From: Rebecca billardiae RCC1528
Taxonomy: Eukaryota; Protista; Haptophyta
Assembly: GCA_965240325.2 (NCBI GenBank)
Contig: OZ251247.1
Location: 62,001-126,000, forward strand
Reading direction: 5' to 3'
DNA: 64,000 nucleotides
The position numbers were made by a program, and so were the translations under genes. Below, piece after piece: positions 24,675 to 36,672 of the stretch. The notes below the pieces were generated by a model. That model had not been told where the DNA came from and made no database searches. It saw only the letters and a list, made by a program, of their open reading frames with translations. The first letter of the stretch is position 1, and every line of letters begins with the position of its first letter.

Positions 24675-26138
24675 ATGGCGACGCCGCCGCCGCTGCCGCC
24701 ATGCGACGCAGTGACGGGCGTGCGCCTGGGGGACCTGCAACCCGAGCTGCTTGGGCGCGTCGCCGCCTTCCTCGCGGTGCCCGACCTCGCCAGCCTGAAC
24801 GCCACGGCGCGCCTCTTCCACGCCGCGCCGCCCGGCGGGTGCTCGCCGGTCGAGCGCGCGCTGCGCGAGCGCGCGCGCGCGCGCGGGCACGAGCGCGCGC
24901 TGCCGGCGACGCTGCCCGCGGGCGTGTGCAGCTGGGCGGATGAGCTGCTTGCGCGCGAGTGCGTGCTCGAGCTCGCGCACGCGCATTCGCCTCCGGTCGC
25001 GGCTGGCCACGGCTTCAGCGCGTTTGTGGACGCGGAGGGCGGGCTGCACACGTGCGGCGAGGAGGAGGTGCTGAACGCGCGCGGCTGGGCGTATCGAGCG
25101 TGCGCGGCCGCTGGCCACCCAGGGCTGCACGTGGCGTGCACGCCGACGCGCGTCGCCTCGCTCAGCGGTGTGCGCGTGGTCGCGGTGGCCGCTGGGGACC
25201 ACCTGCTCGCGCTGAGCGACGCCGGCGCCGTGTACGGCTGCGGCAAGAACCGCTTCGGCCAGCTGGGGCTGGGGGACACGGAGGAGCGGTGTACATTCGC
25301 GCCGGTCGACGCATTGCGGGGTGACGCCGTCATTGGCATCGCGGCGGGTATTCGGCACAGCCTCGCGCTCACCGCCGCTGGGTGCGCGTACAGCTGGGGT
25401 GACAACCGCAGCGGCCAGCTCGGCCACGGCGACAAGAAGGAGCGGCGGGCGCCGACGCGCATCGAGGCGCTGGACGGCGTGCGCGTGGGCGGCTTAGCCG
25501 GGGGTGAATGCCACACGCTACTGCTCTCGGCGCACGGAGCCGTCTACTCGTGCGGCCACGGCCGCCACGGCCAGCTCGGCCACGGCGACCAGGAGGATCA
25601 GCTCACGCCCACACGCGCCGAGGCGCTCGCGGGCGTGCGCGCCGTGCACGTGAGCGCGGGCATCAGGCACAGCCTGGTGGTGGGCAGCGACGGGGGGCTG
25701 CGTGCGAGCGGCCTGCGCCTGGCCGACCAGCGCATTTATGCATTCGTGCGCATCGAGGCATTGGCGGGTGTGCGCGCCGTTCGCGCGTGCGCCGGCTCTG
25801 GCAGCAGCGCGGTGGTGGGCGCGGACGGCAGCGTGCACACGTTCGGGGACAACAGCAACGGCGTGCTCGGGCACGAGGTGGGGACGGGCGAGCACGTGGA
25901 GACAGTGGACGCCCCCACGCGCGTGCTGGCCCTCGCCAGCGCCCGTGTGCGCAGCGTCGCATGCACCCTTCAGCACTCGCTGTTTGTGAGTGCGGACGGC
26001 AGCGTGCACTCGTGCGGCTTGCAGTCGGCAGCGCTCGGCCGCGGCATGAGCATGGCTGCCGCGGAGCACCCAGTGCCTGCCCACGGGATCGGACGCGTCG
26101 AGCCGCTGCCGCGCGTGGCCGGCGTGCCAGGGGCGTGA
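24675..26138 (+). CDS. F-box-like + RCC1 repeat protein, copy 2, intronless
   Basis: LGDLQPELLGRVAAFLAVPDLA followed by RCC1 blades; one blade is shortened (GLRASGLRLADQRIYAF). Confidence 0.92.
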   Translation: MATPPPLPPCDAVTGVRLGDLQPELLGRVAAFLAVPDLASLNATARLFHAAPPGGCSPVERALRERARARGHERALPATLPAGVCSWADELLARECVLELAHAHSPPVAAGHGFSAFVDAEGGLHTCGEEEVLNARGWAYRACAAAGHPGLHVACTPTRVASLSGVRVVAVAAGDHLLALSDAGAVYGCGKNRFGQLGLGDTEERCTFAPVDALRGDAVIGIAAGIRHSLALTAAGCAYSWGDNRSGQLGHGDKKERRAPTRIEALDGVRVGGLAGGECHTLLLSAHGAVYSCGHGRHGQLGHGDQEDQLTPTRAEALAGVRAVHVSAGIRHSLVVGSDGGLRASGLRLADQRIYAFVRIEALAGVRAVRACAGSGSSAVVGADGSVHTFGDNSNGVLGHEVGTGEHVETVDAPTRVLALASARVRSVACTLQHSLFVSADGSVHSCGLQSAALGRGMSMAAAEHPVPAHGIGRVEPLPRVAGVPGA

Positions 26139-26526
26139 CCGCCGCGGGCTGATTGGGTCGGGCGGTCGACGCGCCCCACGGTCCGGCTCGCAAGGTCATC
26201 AGCTGCTGATTCGATAGATTGGCGGATTGACCGCCGTGATGGTGCCCTGCTGCACTGCATGCACGGGGATCAGTACTGTTCAAAACCAGTTTCCAGGTCT
26301 CTCTTCGGATCCAGAGCGTGCGATGAAGGATGGCGCGGCAACCTGCCACCGTGAGCCTTACGCACGTTAAAACAAATAAACTGTACGTACAGTGAGTACT
26401 TGTAGTACAATACTACCGTATACGACTGTACAAGGCCCTCGCCGAGTTGCCGCTGTGCATCCGGGCCTCCTAAGGTCGTCGTCGGCACAGCCTCACCGCC
26501 ACCCACCCGCCCGCCGTCCGACGACG

Positions 26527-28029
26527 ATGGTGACGACGCGCGCACGCGGCGCGACGGGCGTGCGGCTGGCGGATCTGCAACCCGAGTTGCTGGGGCGTAT
26601 CGCGACCTTCCTCGCGCTGCCCGACCTCGCCGCCGCCAACGCCACGGCGCGCCTCTTCCACGCCGCGCCGCCGGGCGGCCGCTCGGCCGTCGAGCACGCG
26701 CTGCGCGAGCGGGCGCGCACGCGCGGGCACACGCACGCACTGCCGATGACGCTGCCCGTGGGCGTGGTTAGCTGGATGATGGAGCTGTTTGCGCGCGAGT
26801 GCGTGCTCGCGCTCGCGCGCGCGCATGCCTCCCCGGTCTCGGCAGGCGATGGCTTCAGCGCGCTTGTGGACGCGGAGGGCGGGCTGCACACGTGCGGCGA
26901 GGAGGCGGTGGAGGCCGAGGACGGGTGGCCGAGGGTTGAGTATCGAGCGCGCGTGGCTTCTGGCCACCCGAAGATGCCGGCGGTGCGCGTGCCGACGCAC
27001 GTCGCCTCGCTCAGTGGTGTGCGCGTGGTCGCGGTGGCCGCTGGATTAGGGTTACGGGAGGCCCACCTGCTCGCGCTGAGCGACGCCGGCGCCGTGTACG
27101 GCTGCGGCTGCAACGAGTGCGGCCAGCTCGGGCTGGGGGACACGGAGGAGCGGCGGGACTTCGCGCGGATCGATCGCCTACGTGCTGCTTGTGTCGTGGG
27201 CATCTCGGCCGGTGACCAGCACAGCCTCGCGCTCACCGCCGCTGGGTGCGCGTACAGCTGGGGCTGGAACGTCTGCGGCCAGCTCGGCCACGGCGACAAG
27301 AAGGATCGTTGGGAGCCGACGCGCATCGAGGCTCTGGACGGCGTGCGCGTGGGTGGCGTTGCTGCGGGCTGTTTCCACACGCTGTTCGTGTCTGCGCCTG
27401 GCGCCATCTACTCGTGCGGCGCTGGCAACTTTGGCCGTCTCGGCCACGGTGACGAGCGGGATCAGCACACGCCGCAGCGCATCGAGGCGCTCGCGGGCGT
27501 GCGCGCCGTGCACGTGAGCGCGGGCGGGGAGCACAGCCTGGTGGTGGACAGCGACGGGGCGGTGCACTCGTTCGGATTCCATTGGCAAGACCAGCTCGGC
27601 CACGGAGACGAGCACGAGCAGCTCACGCCGAGGCGGATCGACTCCCTCGCGGGTGTGCGCATCGTGCGCGCGTGTGCAGGCACAGAGAGCAGCGCGGCGC
27701 TGGGTGCTGACGGCAGCGCGCACGTGTTCGGGAGCGGTGGGTGGGACCAGCTCGGGCTGGTGGCGGCTGAGAGCCAGATGGTGCTCAGCAGTCCCACGCG
27801 CGTGCTAGGTCTCGACGGCGCCAACGTGTCGGCCTGCGCGCTCGGCCCCCGCCACTTGCTCTTCGCCACACAGGCGGGTGCCGTGTACGCGTGCGGAGAG
27901 AAGTCAGCCGCGCTCGGCCTCGGGCTGAGCACAGGGGACGATGATGACTATGACGATGACGGGCCGCAGCTCGAGCGCGTCGCGCGGCTGCCATACGTGC
28001 GGGTGCGCGCAGCACCCCACGCGGGCTAG
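26527..28029 (+). CDS. F-box-like + RCC1 repeat protein, copy 3, intronless, tandem to copy 2
   Basis: LADLQPELLGRIATFLALPDLA followed by RCC1 blades and an acidic tail DDDDYDDD. Confidence 0.92.
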   Translation: MVTTRARGATGVRLADLQPELLGRIATFLALPDLAAANATARLFHAAPPGGRSAVEHALRERARTRGHTHALPMTLPVGVVSWMMELFARECVLALARAHASPVSAGDGFSALVDAEGGLHTCGEEAVEAEDGWPRVEYRARVASGHPKMPAVRVPTHVASLSGVRVVAVAAGLGLREAHLLALSDAGAVYGCGCNECGQLGLGDTEERRDFARIDRLRAACVVGISAGDQHSLALTAAGCAYSWGWNVCGQLGHGDKKDRWEPTRIEALDGVRVGGVAAGCFHTLFVSAPGAIYSCGAGNFGRLGHGDERDQHTPQRIEALAGVRAVHVSAGGEHSLVVDSDGAVHSFGFHWQDQLGHGDEHEQLTPRRIDSLAGVRIVRACAGTESSAALGADGSAHVFGSGGWDQLGLVAAESQMVLSSPTRVLGLDGANVSACALGPRHLLFATQAGAVYACGEKSAALGLGLSTGDDDDYDDDGPQLERVARLPYVRVRAAPHAG

Positions 28030-29564
28030 CGCGCCAGTGCGCCCGCCGAGCTTCGCGGACTCGCGCTCCGAGCAGCAGGCCTCAGGCAGCGGCCATCATC
28101 GTCATCGGCATCGTCAGTCCGCGCGCCATCACACGATGACCGGGCAGCAGAGCCGGTGCGGCGGTCGGCGACGTCCGACTCTCACGGCTGGCTGGCTGTG
28201 AGTCTGTGCGCGCAGCGAGCCGTGCGCGAGCGGAGGTGCGGCGCCGTGACGCCAAGCCGGCCCGGGCAGCCCTCGCCGCGTTGAGCGCGCGCGCGCGCGC
28301 ACGGCCCAAAGCAGGCGACGGTGCGCGCGCCACGGCGCCAGTCGCGCGCCGTTGCCAGGACGACTAGTTAACGCGCCGGCAATCAGACTCAGAGCACGTA
28401 CACTCGACCCCGGACCCGTGCCGGACCCGCGCGCGACGAGCATAACGGACCGCCCGCGCCCTAACCTGCTGCCGATCAGACGACGATGGCGCGACTACGT
28501 ATGTGTCAGACGAGCGACGACGCGCGATTTTATTATTCTTTTATTTCGATCGATCGTCGTCGATCTGCTACTTTACATATTATTATTGCGCGAGCGCGAG
28601 GCGGCGGCGATTATATTATATTTTATTCATCGTTGATTTTATTTCAGACATTTACTTTTTCTTGATCTTTTCCCCGGGCACTACAAGGGGCGCGGACCGA
28701 CTGTACGGCCTGACCGCCATACTATCTACGACTCACCAGTCTGCTCATCAGTAGTCATACAGATGGAGATCGGAGGTTTCGTCATGGCATCATCGCGGCG
28801 CGCGCACGCGGAGCATGCGGATGGGCGTGCGCGCGGCCGCGGGCTGAGACAGAGGCGCGGCGCCGCGAGGCGCCAAGCCGGCCCGGGCAGCCCGGCGCGC
28901 TGCGCGCGCACGCCGCGAAGGCGAAGCTGCGCGCGACGCGGCCGCGTCGGGCGAGCGCCGAGTCAGCCCGGCCGCGCTGCCGCTGCTCAGAGCGGCAGCG
29001 GTGCTGAAGGCTCGCGCCGAGTGAGGGCGCCGTCTGACTGAGGTGAGGAGGCAAGCGTGCATGGAGGCATGCGTGCATGGAGGCCTGCGTGCATGCTTGC
29101 GCTGGCTGCGGGGTGGGGCTGAGAGGAGGCGTGAACAAAAGGAAGGAGAAGAGGAAGGTTCCAGGAAGTGTCCGACTGAAGGAGGTCTCGTGGATGGTTG
29201 GGAGCGAGCGGCTTACGCTCGGCTCCGGGCGGCGCGGGGCGCTGCGTGCGGCCGGGGTGTTCCCGCCGGCCCGCGCGCTGGGCGCACGCCCGCGCCGCCG
29301 TGCGCCGCGCGCTCGCAGCTGCGCGCCGCAGGGGGGGGGCGGGCTCGGCGGCCCGCGCGCCCCACCGCGGCGCCATCGGCTGCTGCTGCTGCGCGGCGCC
29401 GTCTGGCTCTGCGTCGTCGTCGTCTATGTGTTGCTCTGCGTGCGCGCGCGTGCGTGCGTGCGTGTGCACGGCGCACGCGGGGCGGCGGGCGCCGTCTGTA
29501 CAGTGTGCTGGGCCGCACGCGCGGCGCGCGCGGCGCGGCGGCCGGCGGCGGTCGGCGGCGGCGG

Positions 29565-32500
29565 TCATGGCTGCTGCCGGCCCGCGCCCGCGCCCGCGCC
29601 GCCGCCGCCGGCGGACGCGGCGACGGGCGTGGCGGTGGGCGCGGCGGCGCCGGTGCGCGCGCGCTTGCTCAGGTGCGCCACGCCCTCCGCGCCGCCGCCC
29701 TCCGCGCCGCCGCCCGCGCCCGCGCCGGCCGGCGCGGGCGCCGTGTGTGCGGGCGGCGTGCTGCCGTGGAGCAACACGGCGGAGCGGCCGCCGGTGCCGC
29801 CGCTGTCGCCGCCGCTGCCGCCGCCGCTGTCGCCGCCCGAGCCGCCGCCCGAGTTGTCCGAGGGCGCGGGCATCGCCGGCTGCTGCGGCGGCGGCGGGCC
29901 GGCGCAGTGCCGGTGCGACGCGTGCGCCTTGGCGCACGGCGCGCAGCCGCCGCACCCGCCGCAGCCCGGCGCGGGCGCGGCGCCGCCCGCCGAGGAGCCG
30001 TGGCGCCCGCCGCCCGTCTCGCCGCGCGCGGAGACGGAGCCGTCGCCGCAGGTGGTGGAGACGCAGCCGCCTCGCTGCGCGCCGTCGCGGTGGGCGTGGG
30101 CGTGGTGGTGCGGGCGCGAGTCCGGGTGGGGCGAGTCCGGGTGCGCGGCACGCCGGCGGCCGCCGCCGCCAGCGGGGGCGCGGCGGTGGTGGCGGTGCGC
30201 GCGGGGGCGCAGCTGGCACGGCGGTCAGCGGGGGCTCGCGCGAGGCGAGGCGAGGCGCGCGCGCGCGTGCGGCGCGGGGAGGGTCGCGCGGGGCCGCGGG
30301 CGGGCGGCGCGCGGCGCGCACCCCTGCCACTGCGGCCGCGCTGAGCAGCGCGAGCGCGCCGCCGCCGCCGTCCGCGCACGCGCACGCGCTCGCCGCGGCC
30401 GCGGCGGCGCCGGCCGCGCCGCTGCCGCCGCCCGCCGAGCCGACGGCGGAGGAGGCGGCGCCGCCGCGCGCGGGGCCCCAGCCGCCGGGCGAGGAGGGCG
30501 TGGCGTGCGCGAAGAGGTGCGCCGACTCGACCGCCGAGCGCCGCCCGCCGCCCGAGCCGCCCGAGCCGCCGCCGCCCGAGCCGCCGCCGCTGCCGCCGCC
30601 GCTGCCGCCGCCGCTGCCGCCGGCAGACGGCGCGCCGCGCGCGCCCGCGGCCGCGCGCGCGAGCGCGCGCGCGGCGGCGGCGCCGCCGTCGGGGTCGATG
30701 GCGGCGCGCGCGCGGCGCTCGGCGTCGGTCGCGCCGCCGCCCGCCGCGCCCTCCGCGCCCTCCGCGCCGCCGCCGCCGCCGAGCGCGCCGCCCGGCCCGC
30801 CGCCGTCCGCCGCCGCGCGCGCCGCGCCGTCGCGGCCGCCGAAGGGCGCCACCGTCACGCGCTGCACGCCGAGGTGCGCGGCGCGGTGCGCGGGGTGGGG
30901 CTGCGCGTGCGCGCCGCCCCCGCCGGCTGCTGCTGCTGCCGCCACCGCGCGGCGGTGGTGGCGGTGCGCGCTCGCGTCGCCCTCGCGCGCCGCGCGGTGC
31001 GAGTGGCCGTGCGCCGACTGCGCGCCGCCGCCCGCGCCGCGCGCAGACGGCGGCGCGGCCGCCGCCATCGCGGGCGCGCCGCAGCGCGTGCGCTGCGCGC
31101 GCGGGCGCGGGGGGGCGGGGCGCGTGGCGGCGGCGGAGGGCGCGCGGCGGTCAGCGCGCGGCGGCGCGGTGGCGCGGCGCTGCTGCCGCCGCAGCCGCGG
31201 GGCGGGCGCGCGCAGGGCGGGGGCGCGGCCGCACCTTGGCGCCACACGCAGGGCCCGCGCCCGCCGGCTGCGGCTGCGGCGGCGGCTGCGGCTGCGGCGG
31301 CTGCTCGCCCGGCGGCGGCGGCGGCGGCATCGCGCCGTCGGCGGCGGTGGCGCCGGCCGCGGCGCGCGCGGCGGCGCCGGCTGCACCGCCGGCGGCGGCG
31401 GCGGCTGCGCGCGCGTCGGCGGCGGCGGGCGCGGCGGCGCCGAGCGGCGGCGCGCCCGCCGCGCCCGCGCCCGCGCCGCCGCGCGCCGCCGCTCCCGGCC
31501 GCGCGCGCGGCGGCGTGCCCGCGCCGTGGCCGCCGCCGTTGCCGTTGCCGCCGCTGCCTGAGCCGCCGCCCGAGCCGCCGCCGTTCCCATCCGAGCCCGT
31601 CGGCGCCGAGCCGGACTCGTACGCGGTGAGCGGCGGCGGCAGCAGCGGGCCACCGCCGCCGCCGCCGCCCTGCCCCTGCTGCCCGCCGCCGCCGCCGGCT
31701 GCGCCGCCGCCGCCCACGTCCATGGCGCCCGCGCCCGCGGCGGCGCCGTCGTCCGCGCCGCCGCCCGCGCCGCCCGCGTCCGCGCCCGCCGCCGCCGTGC
31801 CGATCGTCGAGCGCGGCCCGCACGGCCGCGCGGGCTGCGCCGAGCGCGGCGGCGGCGGATAGCCGAACGCACACGCCGCGTGCGTCGCCGCGGCCGCGGC
31901 GGCGGTGCGCCTCCGCACCGCGTCGGCGACGGCGGCGGCCTCTGCGGCGTAGCGCTGCGTGTGCGCCGCGAGCTCCTGCGGGTTGGGGCGCGGTGTGCGG
32001 TGTGCGTGCGCGTGTGTGGGTGTGGGTTAGGGTTAGGGTTAGGGCGCGGTGTGCGGTGTGCGTGTGTGGGGGCCGGCGGCGCGCCCACACGCCAGCGCGG
32101 CTGGCGTGTGCGCGCGGCGGCGCACACGCACACGCGCACGCGCACGCGCACGCGCACGCACCTGCTGCGTGAGCGGCGGCGAGAGCGGCGCGTCAGCAAG
32201 CGTCGGGCTGGGCGCGCGCGCCACCCCCTCGCCCGCGCGCCCCTCGGCGCCGTCGAGCCGCCGCCCGCCGTCAGCGCGCGCCCCGCCGCCGCCACCATGG
32301 CGGTGGTGGTGGCGGTGGGCGGCGCGGCCCGCGCCGCCGTCCGCGCCGCCGCCGCCGCCGCCGCCGCCGTGCGGCGCGGCGTGCGCGTCGGCGCCGAGAG
32401 CGGCCGCGTCCGCGCGCGCCGCGCGCGGGCGCACGCCGCCGCCCGGCGCGTGCGCAGCGTCCGGGTCGGCGTCGGCGTCCGTCTCCATCGGGTCGTCCGC

Positions 32501-34438
32501 ATGGGCGCACGCGCCATGGCCGCCCCCGCGCTCGGCGGCGGCGGCGCCGCCGCCGCCGCCCGCCGCCGCCAGCACGGCATGGCGGCGCGCCGCCGCGTCC
32601 GCCTCGGCCGCGAGCAGCCGCGCGCGCGCCGACGCGTGCGCGCGCTCGGTCGCGTCCTGCGCGCGCACACGCAGCGCGCACACGCACGCGGCGGGTGTGG
32701 CGGTGCGCGCGGCCGCAGGGGCGGGCGTGCGACTGCTGCTGAGCCGACGACGCGCGCGCGCGCTCGCGCGCGGCAGCCCCAGCCCCAGCCCCGCAGCCAC
32801 AGACACAGAGCCACGTGTCACAGGCACAGGCACACACAGGGAGAGCGACGGACGGACACACACACGCGCGAGCGAGCGAACGCCCGCGCCGCCCGCGCCC
32901 CGCGCCCGCCCGCACGCACCTGCGCCGCCGCGTCCGCAGCCACGCGCCACTCCCGCCGCTGCGCCGCGCAGACGAGCTTCATCGCCAGCAGGTCGGAGTG
33001 GCGCTGCTGCGCGGACACGTCGAGCACGTCGTCGGCGGCGTCGGGCGCGGACGGGTGCGCGGCGCAGCCGTGCGCGCCGTCGTGCGCGCCGCCGCGCTCG
33101 CACCCGCCGTGCGCGCGCGCCGCGTCCGCGCCGTGCGCGGCGAGCGCGCACGCGGCGTGCGCGCCGCCGCCCGCGCCGCCGAGCGCGCCGCCGCCGAGCG
33201 CGCCGCCCGCCGCGCCGCCGCCGCCGCCGCCGCCCGCGGCGCGCGCCTCGGCCGCGCGCGCGGCGAGCGCCTCGACCGCGGCGGCCGCGCCCGCGCGCGC
33301 CGCGTACACACGGCCCACCGCCTCGGCGCGCTGCGCCAGCCCCGCCGCCGCCGCCGCCGCCGTCAGGTGCCCCAGCTCGACCGGCGCGCCGTCGGCGCCG
33401 CCGCCGCCGCCGCCGCCCTCGGCCACCTCGTCGAGCGCGGCCGTCTCGGCGGCGCGCGCCGTGCGCGTGGCGATGGAGGCGGAGAGCCTTGCGATCTGCG
33501 CGTCGATCTGCTGCATGAACTCGGGCGCGATCGGGTGCGGCGCGTTGATGAGCCCGCCCAGCAGCCCCAGCTGCGACTCGAAGGCGGAGCTCGAGTTGCG
33601 GATGGCCGCCTCGAGCGCCAGGACCTTGTCGGTGAGCGAGTGCACGCGCAGCCGCAGCATCGAGACCGAGCACGCCGACTGCGGCGGGGCGGGGCCGGGG
33701 CCGGGCGGCAGCGGCTGCTGCGGCTGCGGCTGCGGCTGCGGCTGCGGCTGCGGCTGCGGCTGCGGCTGCGGCTGCGGCGGCGGGTCGGTCGAGCCGCCCG
33801 AGCCGCGCGCGGACGCGTCGGCGCCGCCGTCGCCAGAGCCGGCGGCGCCGCCGCCGCGCTCGGCCGAGCCCGCGCCGCCCGGCGCGGACGGCGGCGCGGC
33901 GGCCGAGCCGCCGCGCTCGGCGCTGCCGCTGCCGCCGCGCGCGCCGCCGCTGCCGCCGCGCCCGCGCCCGCTGCCGCTGCCGCTGCCGCCCTGCGGCTGC
34001 CCGCCGCTCGCCGCGCCGCTGCCGCCCGCGCCGCCCGCCGTGGCGCCGCTGCCGCCCGCGCCCGCTGCAGCGCCCGCCGCGTGGTGGTGCTGCGAGGAGG
34101 AGCGCTTGATCTCGCCCAGCTGCTCGCGGCAGCCGCGCGCAAACAGCGCGTGCGAAAACTCGACCGACGTGGGCGTGGACGCGTGCACCACTTTGTAAAA
34201 GCCGTAGAAGTGCAGCTGCCGCACGAACGAGCGGAAGTTGGAGTGCTTGAAGTACGCCGGGAGCACCTCCGCCGAGAAGGCCGCCGTGTCGCGCACCGCA
34301 AAGCCCTGCCCGCAGCTCCGCCAGCAGACCAGCGAGTCCGTCTGTGGCGAGCTCACAATCTCGTACAGCTTGAGCAGAAAGGGCGGCGTGCGCGCCAGCG
34401 CCATCTGCAGAGACGCGCTCGCGGCGGCAGAGGCGGCC

Positions 34439-34477
<39 letters not shown>

Positions 34478-35299
34478 GGCGCGGGGTCGGCGGCCGCAGC
34501 GCCGGCACCGGCGGCAGCGTCGGCCGCGGGCGGCTGCGCCGCCGCCGCCGAGGCGGGCCAGCCGCCGCCGCCGCCGCCGCCGCCGCCGCGGCTCGCCTCG
34601 GCGGCGCGCGCGCGCTGCGCCGCGGCCGCCGCCGTCTCCGCCGCCGCCATCGCCGCGGCCGCGTGCGCGAGCTGCTGCGCGTGCAGCGTGCTCGCAGCGG
34701 CGGCGGTGGAGGCCGGGGCGGCCGCAGACACGCCGCCGCCCAGCGCGCCCGCCGCCGCGTGCGCCGTGAGCTGCGCAAGGCTGAGGGGGCCGGGCGGCGG
34801 GTGCGGCTGCGGCTGCGGCTGCCCGCCGGCGGCGACGGCTGCGGCCGCCGCGGCGAGCGACGCGCACGCCTGCTGCTGCTGCTGCTGCGCCGGCTGCAGC
34901 GCGCACGGCGCCATCTGGCCGCCCGCCCCCCCGCACTGCGCCGGCAGCGCCTGCGCCGACGACAGCCCCTGCGGCGGCGCGCCCGCGCAGAGGTGGTGCG
35001 CGAGCTGCGCGGCGCACGCGCCCACGCCGCCCAGCTGCGCCGGCGGCGCGCCCGCGCCGAGCAGCGGCAGCGCGGGCGGCTGCGCGTGGTGGTGCGAGCA
35101 CGTCGCGCACCGCACCGGGTGGCCCGCCGCCGCGGCTGAGAGCGCTCCCGCCATCAGCGGCGCCGCGCAGCCCGCGCAGAGCGCGCAGCCGCCCGCGTGC
35201 GCGGACGGCCCCGGCGGCGGCGGCGGCGGCGGCAGCGCCGGCGCGGCGTGGAAGGGCTGCTGGTGCGGGTGGGGCGGCGGCGGCAGCAGCTGGTGCTGG

Positions 35300-35362
<63 letters not shown>

Positions 35363-36672
35363 GGCTGGCCCAGCGGCGCGTGGTGGTGCGCCGCCGCCGG
35401 CCCGAGCTGCGCCGCGTGCTGCTGCCCCAGCTGGTGGTGCGCGTACGCCGAGTGGCCCGCACCCGCGGCGCCTGCGTGCGAGTTGGGCGGCGCCAGGCCC
35501 ATCCGCGGCTGCTGCTGCGCCGGCGGCGGCTGCGGCTGCGAGGGCGGAGGCTGCTGGCCGTACCCAGCGGCCGCGTAGTGCTGCGCGGCGGCGAGCTGCT
35601 GCGCCTGCTGCTGCAGCAGCAGCTGCAGCTGCTGCTGCTGCTGCTGCTGCTGCTGCGCCTGCTGCTGCTGCTGCGCCTGCGCCTGCTGCTGCGCGCCATA
35701 CCCGGCCGTGTGCGCCGGGCCGGCGCCCGCCGACGCGGCGGGGTGCACGACCGCTGTGGGCGGCACCATCGGCAGCAGCAGCGGCGGCGGCGCGCACGAG
35801 AGCTGCATCGGCGCCGCGCCGGCGCACGCCGCGGCCGAGACGCCGCCGCCGCCGCCGCCGCCAGCTGGTTCGGGGTGCCACAGGGGCGGCGGCCACTCGA
35901 GCTGCATCGGGGCGGAGCCCGTGCCCGCGCCCGGCGGCGGCGCCGCCGAGCCGTAGGGCGGCGCCCGGCCGTACGGGTAGCCGCCGTGCGCGGGCGCAGC
36001 CGACGGCGGCGGCTGCTGCTGTGCGTGCTGCGGCGGCGGCGGCGGCGGCGGCGCCGCCGAGTAGAGCTGCTGCTGGTGCTGCTGCTGCTGCTGCGGCTGC
36101 TGCTGCTGCTGCTGCGGCTGCTGCTGCGACGGCGGCTGCTGCTGCTGGGGCGGCGGCGGCAGCGCGGGCTGCGGCGGCGCGGGCGGCGCGCAGGCGCGCG
36201 CCCAGCAGCCCGACGGCTCGCGCTCGATCTCCATCGCGACGGAGCCCGCGCCGGCGTACAGCGCAGCACACGCGCCGGCCGCGTGCGGCGGCGGCGGCGG
36301 CTGCGACGCCGGCCACGGCGCGCCGGGCAGGACGGCGGCGGCGGGCGCGTCGAGGCCGAGCGTGGCGAGGCGCTCGTTGAGCGCGACGCTGCCGCCCCCC
36401 TCGCGCCCTGCCGCGCTCGCGTGCCGCGCGCCCGCGCGCGCGGCGTCGGGCGCGCCGACGGGCGCGTCGGCGCCGCCGGCCGCGCCGGGATGCCACGCGC
36501 CGCCGCCGGCCGCGGAGGCGGCGGCGGCGAGGTCGGTGGCCGCGTGCGAATCAGCGCGTAATGGTGGTCCCCTCGCGCCGCCCGGCGCCTCGGCCGGCGG
36601 CGACTCTCCTCTCGCCGCCGCGCCCGAGGGCGCGGCGGCCGCGTCGTGGGGTGGTGGTGGGCCGCGCCACAT
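29565..36672 (-). CDS. Very large HSF-type DNA-binding-domain transcription factor, about 5 exons
   Basis: HSF domain PPFLLKLYEIVS...LPAYFKHSNFRSFVRQLHFYGFYK...EFSHALFARG...IKR at about 34100-34392, then heptad-like LRLRVHSLTDKVLALEAAI. GT-AG introns at about 32919-32658, 32161-31977, 31235-31093 and 30321-30213 give one frame to a stop at 29565. The 3' exons are less certain. Confidence 0.8.
35286..35362 (-). repeat. Coding (CAG)n polyglutamine tract in the HSF gene
   Basis: About 20 consecutive ctg on the + strand; more Q-rich tracts at about 35600-35690 and 36065-36150. Confidence 0.9.

Noticed and set aside
28987-36561. Many long overlapping Arg/Ala/Pro-rich ORFs on both strands
   Set aside because: They are off-frame or antisense readings of GC-rich exons and introns where stop codons are rare.
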